Shown piece by piece: positions 1-11,235 of a stretch of 33,961 nucleotides of DNA. The translations under genes and the position numbers were made by a program. The stretch comes from Neovahlkampfia damariscottae (taxonomy: Eukaryota). The stretch is from NCBI GenBank assembly GCA_016618085.1, contig JABLTG010000192.1, positions 1 to 33,961 on the forward strand. The letters are read 5' to 3'. Within the stretch, counting starts at the first letter, position 1; each line of letters starts with the position of its first letter. A model generated the notes under the pieces. That model saw only the letters and a list, made by a program, of their open reading frames with translations. It was not told where the DNA came from and made no database searches.

Positions 1-217
1 CAAGTGGAACATCTTTTAAATTTTCATTTTCCATTATATTTTCAAATACACTGTCAATATTTTTTGATAATTCAGAGATTAAACTTGTTTTTCCCTTTAT
101 ATATTCATTTGTATTTGTCAATCTTTCGACTTTTTTGTTTTCATTGTAAAGTGCTTTTTCTAAACCTAAAATCTCCATTGGAGAGTTCAACATTCCATAT
201 TTTGCCCAATCGCTCAT
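1..217 (-). CDS. Hypothetical element protein, N-terminal part only (MSDWAKYGMLNSPMEILGLEK...), runs off the window
   Basis: Read manually: ATG at 217, open to position 1. Same MSD start and orientation as the neighbouring ORFs. Confidence 0.6.
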   Translation of the reverse strand, partial: MSDWAKYGMLNSPMEILGLEKALYNENKKVERLTNTNEYIKGKTSLISELSKNIDSVFENIMENENLKDVPL

Positions 218-253
218 ATTAATATATTACATCTATATATTAATTTTAAATTA

Positions 254-748
254 TTATTCTGTTTCACCAACATTGTCAAGATATTTTTGAGCTCTTTGTA
301 AATTAATTATTTTCTCATAAGCTGTATTTTCAAATTTAGCAGGATATTTCTTTTCTAACTGTGCCAATCTAATTCCTTGTAAAGTTCTTGCAGATGTCAT
401 TGCTACTTCTTTACACTCGGTATTTGTAAGTTTATTCTCACCAGTCGAATATTTTTCAAAAACTTTTATATATTCTTCATTGACTTCATTATGAATTTTA
501 GATATTTCCTCATTTCTCAATCTAACGTAATCTTTTGGATAGGTCATTGCATATTGTAATAAATAATTTTCTTTTGCAATGGCATCCATTCCTAATTCTT
601 CTGTTGGTAGTGTTAATCTTCCATATTTTTTCACATATTCTTCCCTTTTTTCATCTGATATGTTAATACTATTTTGATATTCGGTTAAAAACTCATTGTA
701 TTTTTGAACGGCTAATTGGTTTTCACCACCTGCAAACATGTCACTCAT
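254..748 (-). CDS. Hypothetical element protein, 164 aa
   Basis: Intronless ORF with TATATAA immediately before ATG; no recognised domain. Confidence 0.7.
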   Translation of the reverse strand: MSDMFAGGENQLAVQKYNEFLTEYQNSINISDEKREEYVKKYGRLTLPTEELGMDAIAKENYLLQYAMTYPKDYVRLRNEEISKIHNEVNEEYIKVFEKYSTGENKLTNTECKEVAMTSARTLQGIRLAQLEKKYPAKFENTAYEKIINLQRAQKYLDNVGETE

Positions 749-768
749 TTATATAATATTATGAGAAA

Positions 769-1254
769 TTATTTTCCCAAATCTATAAATGGATACAATA
801 AATTAATAATATCTTTCTCAGATTCTATTTTTGTTGATAAGTCATAAAATGCGATTTTCTTTAAAGCATCTTTTGGTATTTCAACATTTTTATCCTCAAG
901 TTTCAACTTGTTGTATCCATCGTAAGAATTCTTAAATGTATTGTTTCCAGTTTCGTCTAATTTATCCAATAATGCTGATTTTTTTATTATTGATGCATCA
1001 TAATTTTCTAAATTTTGTTTCCTCTTACTTGAATAATATTTAAGAATTCCAATATCCAAATAATTTGCAGGTTCATCTAATAATCCAGCTTTTTTCTTTA
1101 TATTTTTTACTTTTCGCGCAATTTGCCTTTCGTTTTTCATTTTTTCTGTATCACTGCCTAATAGGTCTTCATTTAATTCTTCTTGAATTAAAGCTCCTTG
1201 TTCTTCAACTTCAATTTCTTCTGAATTTTTTCCTGAATTAAACATATCACTCAT
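769..1254 (-). CDS. Hypothetical element protein, 161 aa
   Basis: Intronless ORF with TATATAA before ATG; starts MSDMF like the 254-748 ORF. Confidence 0.7.
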   Translation of the reverse strand: MSDMFNSGKNSEEIEVEEQGALIQEELNEDLLGSDTEKMKNERQIARKVKNIKKKAGLLDEPANYLDIGILKYYSSKRKQNLENYDASIIKKSALLDKLDETGNNTFKNSYDGYNKLKLEDKNVEIPKDALKKIAFYDLSTKIESEKDIINLLYPFIDLGK

Positions 1255-1282
1255 TTATATATTATAGTTGATATAATATTTC

Positions 1283-2063
1283 TTATTGATATAATTTTCT
1301 ATATTCATTAACAATGCTTTTCATTTCATCATCGATTGTTTCTTTTGGTAAATATTCAATATCGGTCAAATTTGCCGTGTACAATTTACCTTTTTGACCA
1401 ACATCCAGTCCTTTATTATATATTTCTAGCACACTCATGTTTTTCATTTTCTCATTAAAATATTTTTTTATTTCATCTTCACGTTCTTTTATTTTATCAG
1501 ATTTGTATTTTTCAAAGTCATCATTTATTTTTTGGAGGTTATCAAGATTTTTTGTTCTATTCAATTCTTGAGTTTTTGTCATGTTTTTAAAATAATCCAA
1601 TTCAGTAAATCGATTAAAAAACTTTTTATCTGTTGTGTATGTTTCAATTTTTGATAAGTTATTCAACTCATCATATAATTCAGACATCGTTGTAGCATTT
1701 AGAGGTTTTAGATTTTTTAATTTAACAAATTGAAAACTATTTTCATCAACAGGATAATTTTTAAATGTTGTGTCTTTTGTGTTGGCTGTAGGTCTTTGAC
1801 CAAACATTGGACGTATTGATTTATAAATTCCTTCATAATTTCCAAACTCTCTTCCTCTTTCAAGATATTCGTATTTTAACTGGTTTCTCTCTTCCTTTAA
1901 TTCTTTGATTACTTTATTTTGTGCCTCCAAGTCTTTACTTTTTTGTATATCATAATATTCTCTGATTTCATCATCTGTTAAATTATTTTTAATTATTTCT
2001 TCACTTCTTCAGGTGTCAAGTCTTTTTTTATTCCTGTTTCATTAGTATTTATTTTTTTGTCAT
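1283..2063 (-). pseudogene. Hypothetical K/E-rich element protein with an apparent frameshift near 2003
   Basis: The 1283-1930 frame extends upstream (EEIIKNNLTDDEIREYY). It joins an ATG at 2063 (MTKKINTNETG) only through a 1-nt shift. Confidence 0.5.
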
Positions 2064-2187
2064 CGCTATACTCTCTTAAATAATCCCACGGTGTCTTGTT
2101 GTATAAACTCCACTTTAAGCTGAACATATAAAATAACCAGAGAAAACATTTTTGAGCTGAAATAAATTTGATTGGTTAAAACTGTTA

Positions 2188-2921
2188 ATGGAATACAAAA
2201 TTTTACATACAGCAATAAAAAATAATAAACCAAAAGTACAAGGTTATGTTGCAACATCGTTTCTAAAGATATCATTATTGACAAGTTGTATGAAGAACAA
2301 GTGAATTCTAGAAAAGAAAAAATAAAACAAGACCAAAAAGTATTATTTCTTCAGAAAAAACTTGAAAAAGTCGAAAAAGAATTAATAGAAAAAACCGTAA
2401 AATTATCTCTTGATGAAAATAAAATGGATATTGTCGAAGAAGTGGAAGAAAAAAGACCTCGAAAGAAAACAAAGAAGGAAAAAGAAAGAGAGTTATGGGA
2501 TCCGAATAATCCAAAAGAATATGTGGAACACTTAAAAGCCTTGCTGATAAACCCAAAAGATTTAAACTACAGAAAAGTTCCGTCATTTAATTTTAATACA
2601 ATTAACTTTGATATTGTTCGTGAAGCTTCAATTAGGATGAAATCGAACAAAGCAATCATTTTTGGAGAATGTATTAATTTTGGTTTGATGTTGTGTTGGG
2701 TGAAAAACAATCATAATGGAAGTTTTGAAAAATGGGTGAAGGAAAATATTGGTTTGGGTAAAATTCAATGTTATAAATACATCAAATTGGTTCCCTTGTC
2801 TGAATATCCAAAGTTCTATCGTGTTTCAACTGATATGTCAAGTATTTATGATAAAGTAGATGATATTGTTACTTACATTGGATGCAACAAAGAAGAAAGT
2901 TTATTCTGGTTGGAAGAATAA
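2188..2921 (+). CDS. Coiled-coil plus DUF3102-like putative helical DNA-binding protein; probable frameshift near 2260
   Basis: GLMLCWVKNNHNGSFEKWVKENIGLGKIQCYKYIKL resembles the DUF3102 pattern. The ATG at 2188 is in a different frame from ORF 2286-2921. Confidence 0.5.
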
Positions 2922-2926
2922 ATGTT

Positions 2927-3691
2927 TTATTGATCATCTTCTTGTTGAATTGTAATTGAATTTGTTTTAGTAACGATGGTATCTTCATTAAATTTTTCAT
3001 TGATTTCATCTTCGGTTGACCAAAATTCTTTTTCTGATTGAACAACCTTGAGATAGTTTGCCAGTTGACCAATTTCTTCAAGGCTGTATTTTTGGTAGTT
3101 GAAAACACATGTTAATCTTTCATACTTATAGAGTTTTGCATAAACTGTTTTCATTTTTTTGAGATGTGATTTCCCAAAAATTAAACCAAACTTTCTTTTG
3201 AGGAAATCAAGTTCATCATCTCCTTCAGTTCTGCATTCAGGGTTGTTTTTATATTCATCACAAATCGCTACTACTCTACTTGTAAAGATGAATTCAAAGT
3301 ATCTGAGTTTTTGTTTCATTTTTTGATAATTTTTCACGTCGTTTAAAAATGAAGGATCTTCTAAGTCTTTGAAATTTTCAGTATTGCTGAATTCAATTTG
3401 AGGATTGTTAATGTATTCATCATAAGTTAATCTATCTGTTTCATAATCATAACGAAGCATTTTGAACACCTTTTCAGGTTGAAAACCACTTTTTTTATCA
3501 TCATCTGAGTCATCACCATCTGGAATTTGATCAGCTGTAATCTTTTCTTCTTTTTTCGCCATTATTTTCAAAAGCGTGTGAAATTGGTTACTTTGAGAGG
3601 CATCAAGGTTTTTGAGTGATTCTTGAAGGCTGTCTAAAATACTTTGATCAGTAGTATTGAGTACCACTTTTGCTTTGGCTAAAATTTGCAT
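2927..3691 (-). CDS. Hypothetical protein, likely divergent paralog of 2188-2921
   Basis: 254 aa intronless ORF; its C-terminal helical segment ending E-x-x-F-W aligns by eye with that of the convergent neighbour. Confidence 0.6.
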   Translation of the reverse strand: MQILAKAKVVLNTTDQSILDSLQESLKNLDASQSNQFHTLLKIMAKKEEKITADQIPDGDDSDDDKKSGFQPEKVFKMLRYDYETDRLTYDEYINNPQIEFSNTENFKDLEDPSFLNDVKNYQKMKQKLRYFEFIFTSRVVAICDEYKNNPECRTEGDDELDFLKRKFGLIFGKSHLKKMKTVYAKLYKYERLTCVFNYQKYSLEEIGQLANYLKVVQSEKEFWSTEDEINEKFNEDTIVTKTNSITIQQEDDQ

Positions 3692-3717
3692 CTTTCAAAA
3701 TTTCTAAATTATTCAAA

Positions 3718-4021
3718 TGGTAGACCTTATGTAAATTCAATTATAAAGCCTTTTTTGGACGGAGTTTTAACCACATTGCAGCGGGTATCTCTGCAAAAAT
3801 CCTCTTGGTCCCCTTGTAATCCGGAAAAAGTGATTTTTTTTACCGAGTTGAGAGCTCTGGGTGAGGAAATATAATTTTGTATTTGGTGTATCTTGACGAA
3901 AATGGATTTTAAAGCGTCCGGAAAAAGTACGGTTTTTTGTGGAAACGGTAAATTTAAGTCGCTGAAGGCTTCACCGGTGTAATTTATGGGCTAGAGCTTA
4001 GGGCCATCCCACTTACTTACT
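3718..4021 (+). repeat. Terminal repeat, family A, copy 1 (element right end)
   Basis: Aligns with 27711-28005 (direct) and 29939-30242 (inverted). Sharp outer boundary at ACTTACT|TA; similarity fades inward. Confidence 0.9.
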
Positions 4022-4139
4022 TATGTTCCAGATAATAGATTCCAATTTCAGTTTTCTGAAATCATGTGGCTTTTCAATGTTTAAAACTTGATTAACTTCT
4101 TCTTCCCTATACTACTCAAGCACCTCTAATCCTCCGAAG

Positions 4140-4350
4140 TGTTAAACACCTTTCAAAATCACTTTTAAACAAGTACATTGCAATCATTAAATTGACAAAA
4201 TCAAATTGTTGGAATTGAAGGTGTGAAATTAGAAATCTAATTGGAAATATGCTTGAAAACAATTGTTCTTTGACAAGTTTGAACTTGGGAAATACAGAAA
4301 TAGGTGCTATTAGAATAGATATTCTGACAAAATCTATTCAAAAGAATTGA
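4140..4350 (+). pseudogene. Decayed RI-type leucine-rich repeat fragment
   Basis: LIGNMLENNCSLTSLNLGNTEIG, plus an upstream STLQSLN..QIVGIEGVKL segment broken by a stop and a shift. Confidence 0.4.
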
Positions 4351-5201
4351 TGATTAATGCAAAAAATACACGATTTTTGTATATTTATGTCCTGTTTTGC
4401 TGAAACATCAAAATAATTTGCTTTCATTTTTTCAGCCTTTTTTATAATATCAAAATTGGAAACACATGAATCACCTCTTTCTGTTAAAGAAATTTCACAC
4501 TTATTTCCGATTAAAACACATGTAAAAGTTTCATCTTTTTTGATTTCTTTTATCAAATCATAAAAGGAATCAACTTCGTCAAATGAAGATTTCAAGCATA
4601 AATCAAATACGATATAAAAAGTGTCGCTCTGAATAAAAATATTAATTAACAATACAAACATACATTTTTGATATAATTTGGTCCCAAGCTCTATATTAAT
4701 AATATTTTAAGAAAAGTGAAGAAAAACCTTGAATTCGTCCGAACTTGAAGTATCTATTATATTTATTCGATATGCAACAGATTCTACAACAAATGCTTTT
4801 GTATCTATGAAAAAATTTTATGACTGGTATATAGAATTGACAAGTTAATGTTGCATATGTATATAACTAACGATTGGTGCAAAGGGGATTTTTTTTTTAA
4901 AGGGCAATCGAGTCATTCGACGACCCACTTTACAAGGGTGACAAGGCAAAAATTTTTGGTTCAACGACCCAAAAAAAAAACTATCCCCATAATTAATTTT
5001 TTTTAGGTGATACATTTCTCCTCTATTGTTGGCACTTGGAAAATTATTTTTAATTTTTTTAATTTTTTTTTACTGATCAGAGATTTGAACTGATCTTTCG
5101 CGTATCTGAGTGATACAGCCGATTTTCCAACTTTTTCGGCACCAAATACAGGAATGCTAAAAACGTTCGTTGTTTCTTTTGGTTTTTTTTTTTGCTGACA
5201 T
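4338..5201 (-). CDS. Divergent Ras-family small GTPase (multi-exon; 3' end uncertain)
   Basis: Spliced reading gives GAEKVGKS, PTIEEK, DTSSS, NKCE and SAK motifs. One extra A in the homopolymer at 5183-5193 shifts the first codons. Confidence 0.75.
4884..4988. mobile_element. Possible 105 bp MITE-like insertion inside a Ras-gene intron
   Basis: Ends are GGGGAT+T-run and A-run+CTATCCCC (imperfect inverted termini). GC-richer than its surroundings, and the host intron is ~210 nt versus ~35 nt elsewhere. Confidence 0.4.
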
Positions 5202-5234
5202 TTCGATTCGTTGTGAAGAAAAAGATTGATTATT

Positions 5235-6046
5235 TTAAAAGTTTATTTCAACATCTTCTGAAGTAGAAACTGATTTAAAACTTATTTGTTTCTTTAACGG
5301 TTTTTTAGTCTTTTCGGTTTTTTTTTTCACAACCATTTCACACACTTTGAGGAAACATTCATCTTTTCTTTTAGAAAAAAAAGTTTAAGTACCTATATTT
5401 ATCCTCTCTTTTGCACTTGTTTCAAAATAATGAGCACCATAACGATAAGCCAATTTTTGAGCAAGACTTTTATCAACTGCTTTATTTCCACGTTTCTCTT
5501 TTGGAATGTCACATTTATTCGCTTTTACAATTAGTATTTGATTTTATGTTTACCAACTAACACAAATGGAAATTGATCTGTGTCTTTTATCCTTTCAATT
5601 TGTTCCAACAATTGTTCCTAAAAAAATTAACTTAAAATTAATCAAACTAAGTCATCAAAAGTCTCTTGATTTGTAATATCAAAAACCAAAATAAATCCTA
5701 AAATAGTTTAGTTAAAAGTGACTCAAAACCTTCAGAGGATCTCATGTAAACTTCTCTCAAAGAACTAAACTCTTCTTGACCGGCTTTTGAGAAATTTTAA
5801 TAAAAAAAATTCATAAAACCTGTATCCAATATTTCCAAATCATACATTTTACCACTTACTAAAAGTTGCTTTTGATAAGAATCTTCTATTGTTGGATCAT
5901 AAAAACCTTCTCTGAATTCATGAGAAATGTATTGAATCTATATCAATTGGAGTTTAATTTTAGAAAATTTTTACTGTCATTGCTGATTTTCCTACGCCTC
6001 CTGATCCAGCAATTGAAATTTTTAGTCTGGGTATCAACTTGGACAT
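5235..6046 (-). CDS. Ras/Rap-family small GTPase (multi-exon)
   Basis: GSGGVGKS, YDPTIEDSY, LEILDTAGQEEF, NKCD and ETSAK across short introns. Confidence 0.9.
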
Positions 6047-6261
6047 AAATAAAAATTGTTTTTACTGATTGGTTGAATTCAACAAATCAGCTTTGTATCT
6101 AGTTTGTGATTATTTTTCGATTTTTTTCTGAAATAACATCCGTTCACATAATGAATTTCATTGATTGACCAATTTAAATTTTCCTTTTCCTTTGTCCAAT
6201 TGGATTTCTTTATTTCACAAAAAAACTCTTTCTTAACTTAAATTATTATGAAATTCATCAT

Positions 6262-6987
6262 GTGTTGATGAAAATGATTATCAACTTCAAATTTGAAACA
6301 AAAGAAGAAAGAGAAAGCCTCGTTTCAAGAGTTAACAAAAGTTATCAACAAAAATTTAATGCTAAAGAAACTGAAACAAATACCAGAGAAAATATTTTGT
6401 CCAATATTTTACACTATTTCTTTGATACCATCTTGAATCAAAAATTATCTGAAAGTAGGAGCAAAAAACAGTGTCACAGCGATGAGAGAATTGGATATTT
6501 CCAAGAACAATGAATATTCTACCAATGAGGATTTTTCGGGAATCTGTTGCTGACTTAAATAGTCATTATATAGAAAGTTTGATTGTAAAGTCTTCGTATT
6601 TGTAGTAGTCAAATGAAATCTTTGGTTGATCTTCAATTGACTGGTGTATCTTTGAATGTTTTTGATTTGCGTATTTTGTTTATACGATCTCATGGTCGCT
6701 TGGAAGTGTTAAAAATTTATTTGACAGACCATATTTCAAAAGAACAGTTAATTCAATTTACAGAATCAATTGAAGAAAGCAAGACACTGAGGTCAGTAAC
6801 TGTGAAAGCGACCCAAGAAATTCAAAGTCTAATTGATGACATTTTGGACAATAGAAATACAATCCATCAAACTGGGAAATATATAGCGAAACGTTTTGCT
6901 ATGCTGCATGATATCAGACGTTCTGCTTCTAAAAATATCACGTTTCAGTTCTCCAATCATTTGAAAAGAAAGCATGAAGACATTTGA
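6262..6987 (+). CDS. Hypothetical LRR-like protein, interrupted (introns or decay)
   Basis: ORFs 6262-6513 and 6613-6987 with LxxLxL-type spacing; the middle part contains stops. Confidence 0.4.
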
Positions 6988-7119
6988 GTTCAAAAAATCA
7001 AATCCTTGTAAAATAAACTTGTTTCTTTCCAAAAGAAATCAACTTCAGGTTTGATATTTACTTGAATTTCATTGGGCATTATTGTTATAAATTCTAAAAA
7101 TAGATTCTTCAATTTGAAA

Positions 7120-8055
7120 ATGAACCAACTCAAACAACAACACATGAACAAACAACGTAACAACAAACTCCTCAGAATTAAAATTCCAAACAATCACTTT
7201 AATGAACTTGAAGCTATGGTAACCCACTCACCCTTAAAAGACCTTCCTTCACCGCTCCTAGAAAAACAAGAAAAAAATAAATTTTCTCAAAAAAGCTTAA
7301 AGGACACAGAAGTTAAAATGATAGCACCTCATAAAAAAGATGGTCGCTCCTGGATTATTTCAAAGATGAAGGACAATATTCACGAAGCAAATTGGAAAAT
7401 TGAACTCAAAACTAGGAGTGAAGAGTTCAAAGAAACAATTGAAGAAAAACTATTTTCTTCATTAAAGTATGAAATCAAAATTCAAATAGATGATCGATTT
7501 TTATCAAAATATCCCCTATTGGTGTGCAGAATCCACTTGGAAGATGAAAAACAAATTGTAAAAGAGATAATTGCTGGAAACCTTGAATTTACCTGTTCCA
7601 AAACCCAAACCAAAACGAGTACCACGAAAAATGATACATGTTGCTCGTATATTGGATTTTGTAAATTTCAATTCACCGATGTTTCTTTACATCATCGACA
7701 ATCTGGGAATTTCAATTTTGTGGTTCAATTATTCAACCCTGAAGAAATGAATGAATCCTTAATTGAAATTAAATCATCAGGTTTCAAAATTACAGCCAGA
7801 AGAGAACCTTTAAAAAAGAGAAAAAAAGGTCTCGAAAATTTTGAAACCAAATTAAATGAATTGGAAAAACTATATCAAAAATTATCATCCACTGAAAAGA
7901 AGAGAGGTTTAGAAGTATTATCAGAAAAATTACATTCACCAAAGAAAATGAAATTTGATAATGATTTCGGCAGTGTAAATCACTCATTGATATTTCCATC
8001 TCCTGTTTTTGATTTTTTTAACTTTAATGAAGAATTTGCGGAAAATGTAAATTAA
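7120..8055 (+). CDS. Putative beta-sandwich (CudA/STAT-like) DNA-binding protein
   Basis: Intronless ORF; KFQFTDVSLHH...FNFVVQLF...SSGFKITARR followed by the basic NLS-like KKRKK. The family call is tentative. Confidence 0.45.
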   Translation: MNQLKQQHMNKQRNNKLLRIKIPNNHFNELEAMVTHSPLKDLPSPLLEKQEKNKFSQKSLKDTEVKMIAPHKKDGRSWIISKMKDNIHEANWKIELKTRSEEFKETIEEKLFSSLKYEIKIQIDDRFLSKYPLLVCRIHLEDEKQIVKEIIAGNLEFTCSKTQTKTSTTKNDTCCSYIGFCKFQFTDVSLHHRQSGNFNFVVQLFNPEEMNESLIEIKSSGFKITARREPLKKRKKGLENFETKLNELEKLYQKLSSTEKKRGLEVLSEKLHSPKKMKFDNDFGSVNHSLIFPSPVFDFFNFNEEFAENVN

Positions 8056-8079
8056 AAATGATTAAAAAGTATTTATTTT

Positions 8080-9427
8080 TTAATTGATATCTGATTTTCC
8101 ATTTGATTCAAATGTATTTTTTTCTCTCAATAATTTATTTTGTTCTTCATCATCTGGTTTTCTAGTTGGATATTCAGAATCATAATCTAAATCTAAAACT
8201 TCAAAATATAAATTATCAGGTTTTCCTTTTACAAAGTATAAACCATGTCCTGTGTTTGAGCTAAATGTGTTTCCACCAAGTACAAAAGTTGTTTCTTTAT
8301 GTTCAATAACAACACCATCCCATGAATTTTCTTTGACAATGGATTCTTCAAGAACAAGACGATATTTTGAACCTACTAAAATTCCATTGTATCCATTCTT
8401 TTCAACTATAGTTTCTCTTAAATCAACTAAACTATATTCAGACATGTTAATTCCATCATATAAATTATCAACAACAGAGCATCTTTCTAAGATACCTTCA
8501 CAACTTTGAACAGTGTAAAGTCCATATGTACGGTTTTTTGTGAATGTACAATCTTGAAAATAAGCAGCGCTGTTTCCAGACATTTTAACACCACATTCAC
8601 CATTCACTATTATAAATTGGTTGAATTAAAAAAAAAAAGTTTAAGACTTACTGAAAGTACATTTTTTAAACATGATGTAACCAGATTGTAAATGTGCCAC
8701 GTTTAATTTTTTTTCAGGTTTATCTTGATTGAATGTTATATTTTCAACTGTAGCACAAGCAGCTGGATATTTTGGATCATTTGAAAATCCTGTGACTAAA
8801 CCTTCTGAAAGCACCTTTTGTAAATCAGGTGTTTGAATTTCTACATTTCCAAGACCAACTAAACGTACAGATTTAACAATTGGAATTTCTTCACGATAAA
8901 CTCCTTCTTTGATTTCAATAGTTTGACCTGATGAAGCATGTACCATCTTTTTAAAACTTTAGTTTTTCTTTTTTTTTTACTGCGTCAAAAACAGAACTGA
9001 ATTGTAACTCTTTTATAAAATTTCTTTCCAAAGCAGAATCAACAGTGATGACTTTTTTTGTTGAACTAAATTTATGTGCTGCTTCTCTTAATTTCTGTCC
9101 TAATGTAAAATATTCATCCCAATTTGCACAACCAAGTCTCCAAACTCCAAGAGGTACTTGCACTTCAAGAACATTTTTTTTTTTAAATGAAGCTTGACTT
9201 TCAGCATCTCTCACAAATCTTATAAAAGCTCCTTGTAATTTTATTGTTAAAGTAGGTTTTGGATCATTTTCTTTTTTATAAAAGTAAAGGTTTTCACCAA
9301 TTTGATAGTAAAAAGTTGTCCACTTGTCAAATAGGCCAAGGGTTTTTTTACCTAACACTTGTATAGTAGTTTCAGATCTTTTACCAACTAATTTGTCTTT
9401 AACTTCGATTTCAGGTGATTCAGACAT
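8080..9427 (-). CDS. PH domain plus right-handed beta-helix (pectin-lyase-like) protein, 3 exons
   Basis: PH pattern (W..FYY...LYFYK...P...IKL), GQTIEIKEGVYREEI start of helix and N..DGI repeats; short introns near 8610-8640 and 8947-8980. Confidence 0.8.
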
Positions 9428-9573
9428 CAGTTGTGAAGAAATGTAATTATTGGCCAATAAAAACATCAATCAAAGTTGACCGGTTAAATGAACGGATGAA
9501 AATAGTCCATCGTTAAAATTGATAAACACATCAAATTGAATATTAAAACTAATTTATTTTTTATCCAATCAAG

Positions 9574-10245
9574 ATGGGTTCAAACAATTCAAAAACTGCA
9601 TCTGAAGAGAATTCAAAAGTTCTTCAAGAATGGATTCAAACCTGCACCGACAATGACATTAAAAAAGCAGAGGATTTAATTAAACAAGGAAAACACAAAT
9701 ACTATGAAAATGATAAAACAAATCCTTCTCCTTTACATGTTTGTGTCCAAAGTCCAAAAATAACAAAAATTTTATTAAATTCAGGAATACCTGTAAATTT
9801 AGGATCACCACTGACAATGTCAACACCTCTTCATTTTGCTGCTTTTCACAATGTTGATGAAACAACCAAACTTCTTTTAGAAAATGGAGCTGACACAATG
9901 AAATTCGATTTTGATGGAGTACATCCATATTTATATGCTAGAGAAAGAAATGCTTACAAATCAATGTTTCACATTCGACAGGAGATGCTTAAAATAAACA
10001 AAGGAGATTTCATTAATACCTGGAGACAAGTATGTCGTCCTGAATTACAAATGCTTCAAAAATTAAGTGAATCAGAACCTGAAAATTCAGATACACAAAT
10101 GGGTATTGTCAAACATTTGGAAAATTGTGTTTCATACTCATTTTGTCTTCCTGAGAGAAAAGCACTTGAAAATGCTGATATTTCAAGTCAAGAATTAGAA
10201 GATAAATATATGGAATGTTTGAATAAAAATCAAGTTAAGCTTTAA
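9574..10245 (+). CDS. Ankyrin-repeat protein with N-myristoylation-like start
   Basis: SPLHVC and TPLHFAA..LLLENGAD ankyrin motifs; MGSNNS N-terminus. Confidence 0.85.
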   Translation: MGSNNSKTASEENSKVLQEWIQTCTDNDIKKAEDLIKQGKHKYYENDKTNPSPLHVCVQSPKITKILLNSGIPVNLGSPLTMSTPLHFAAFHNVDETTKLLLENGADTMKFDFDGVHPYLYARERNAYKSMFHIRQEMLKINKGDFINTWRQVCRPELQMLQKLSESEPENSDTQMGIVKHLENCVSYSFCLPERKALENADISSQELEDKYMECLNKNQVKL

Positions 10246-10566
10246 TTTGACTTTGTAATTTTTTCATTTTTCTGTGAATTTTTTCCAAATGAGCTTCTTC
10301 GTTATATACCAATAAAAAAGATCCAATCATGGATACTAGTGAAAGTCCTCCAAAGGTTAAACCACTTGCTACTTGTAATTCGTAACGAATTGCAGTGAAC
10401 AACCAACTAGCTTCAAAAATAATTCGTTAATTTTCTTTTTTTTAATACCAATGAATAAACCTGCTGATATTGGTACTGTAGCAGCAAAAATAACAATTAT
10501 TATCAAAATTACAATTTCACATGGCAGGCTAAATGTTTTTTTTCTGTGAGAATGATCAGCAGTCAT
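10235..10566 (-). CDS. Small membrane protein (one intron; 3' end uncertain)
   Basis: ATG at 10566 followed by hydrophobic segments on both sides of a short A-rich intron. Confidence 0.45.
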
Positions 10567-10766
10567 GTTGATAAAATAATGTTTGAGGAAAAAATTCAAT
10601 GATTGGTGGAATTTCCGTCTAATATTGAAGTACAATTTTTTATATTTAAACACTTAATTCAATCATATCTCAATGCAATATCAGAATTAAGCTTCAGAGA
10701 CACAAATTAATGACGTTGCTTTTGGATTTATGTCTTTCATCTTTTTAAAGAGTGGATATCAGCACA

Positions 10767-10837
10767 TCTTCTGTAGTATAAGGGTAGTATAGTGGACTTT
10801 GAATCCATTGATCCAGGTTCGAATCCTGGCAGGAGAA
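10767..10837 (+). tRNA. tRNA-Gln(TTG)
   Basis: Acceptor TCTTCTG/CAGGAGA, anticodon arm GTGGA-CTTTGAA-TCCAT, T-arm CCAGG-TTCGAAT-CCTGG, downstream T-run (Pol III terminator). Confidence 0.93.
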
Positions 10838-11235
10838 CTCATATTTTTTGTTGAAGAATTTTGAAGACAAACTGAATATTATTGGATAAAAGTTCTGTCC
10901 AATCATTTAGTTTTGTTCAAATAAATGTTGGTGACAATGAAGATTGATTATTGTCTGTAGAAACAAGAATTTTTTACTCAGTAATAATGATTGTTTTATG
11001 AACAATCAAAATTATGAACAAAGAATAATTATCTTTGAAAACTGTTTGCATCAACAAAGTGAACAAATTTGAAATGAGTTCTATTCCGTGACATGCTTCT
11101 AGTGAAGGTGAAATCGCTTATTTTGGACAATTTTTCTTTTGTTTCATTGGACAACGTCAAAAATTGACCTCAACAAAATATCTGTAAAGTTACCAATAAA
11201 TTGCATGGAGTTCTGTTAACCAATCACAGATATTC

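Larger units (their letters stand above)
1..4021. mobile_element. Right end of a putative endogenous Polinton-like virus/virophage-type element (left end outside window)
   Basis: Intronless, tightly packed ORFs, two with TATATAA directly before ATG. Bounded by a ~300 bp GC-richer terminal repeat ending ...CTTACTTACT|TA that is homologous to the termini at 27711-28005 and 29939-30242. No hallmark gene lies inside the visible part. Confidence 0.65.

Noticed and set aside
3686..3874. ORF sharing CNPEKVIFF with ORF 30009-30305 as a protein family
   Set aside because: The similarity is simply the translated non-coding terminal repeat; the frame is not kept in copy 2.
4011..4023. (CTTA)n as a telomeric repeat
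   Set aside because: Only about three units, internal, and part of the element terminus.
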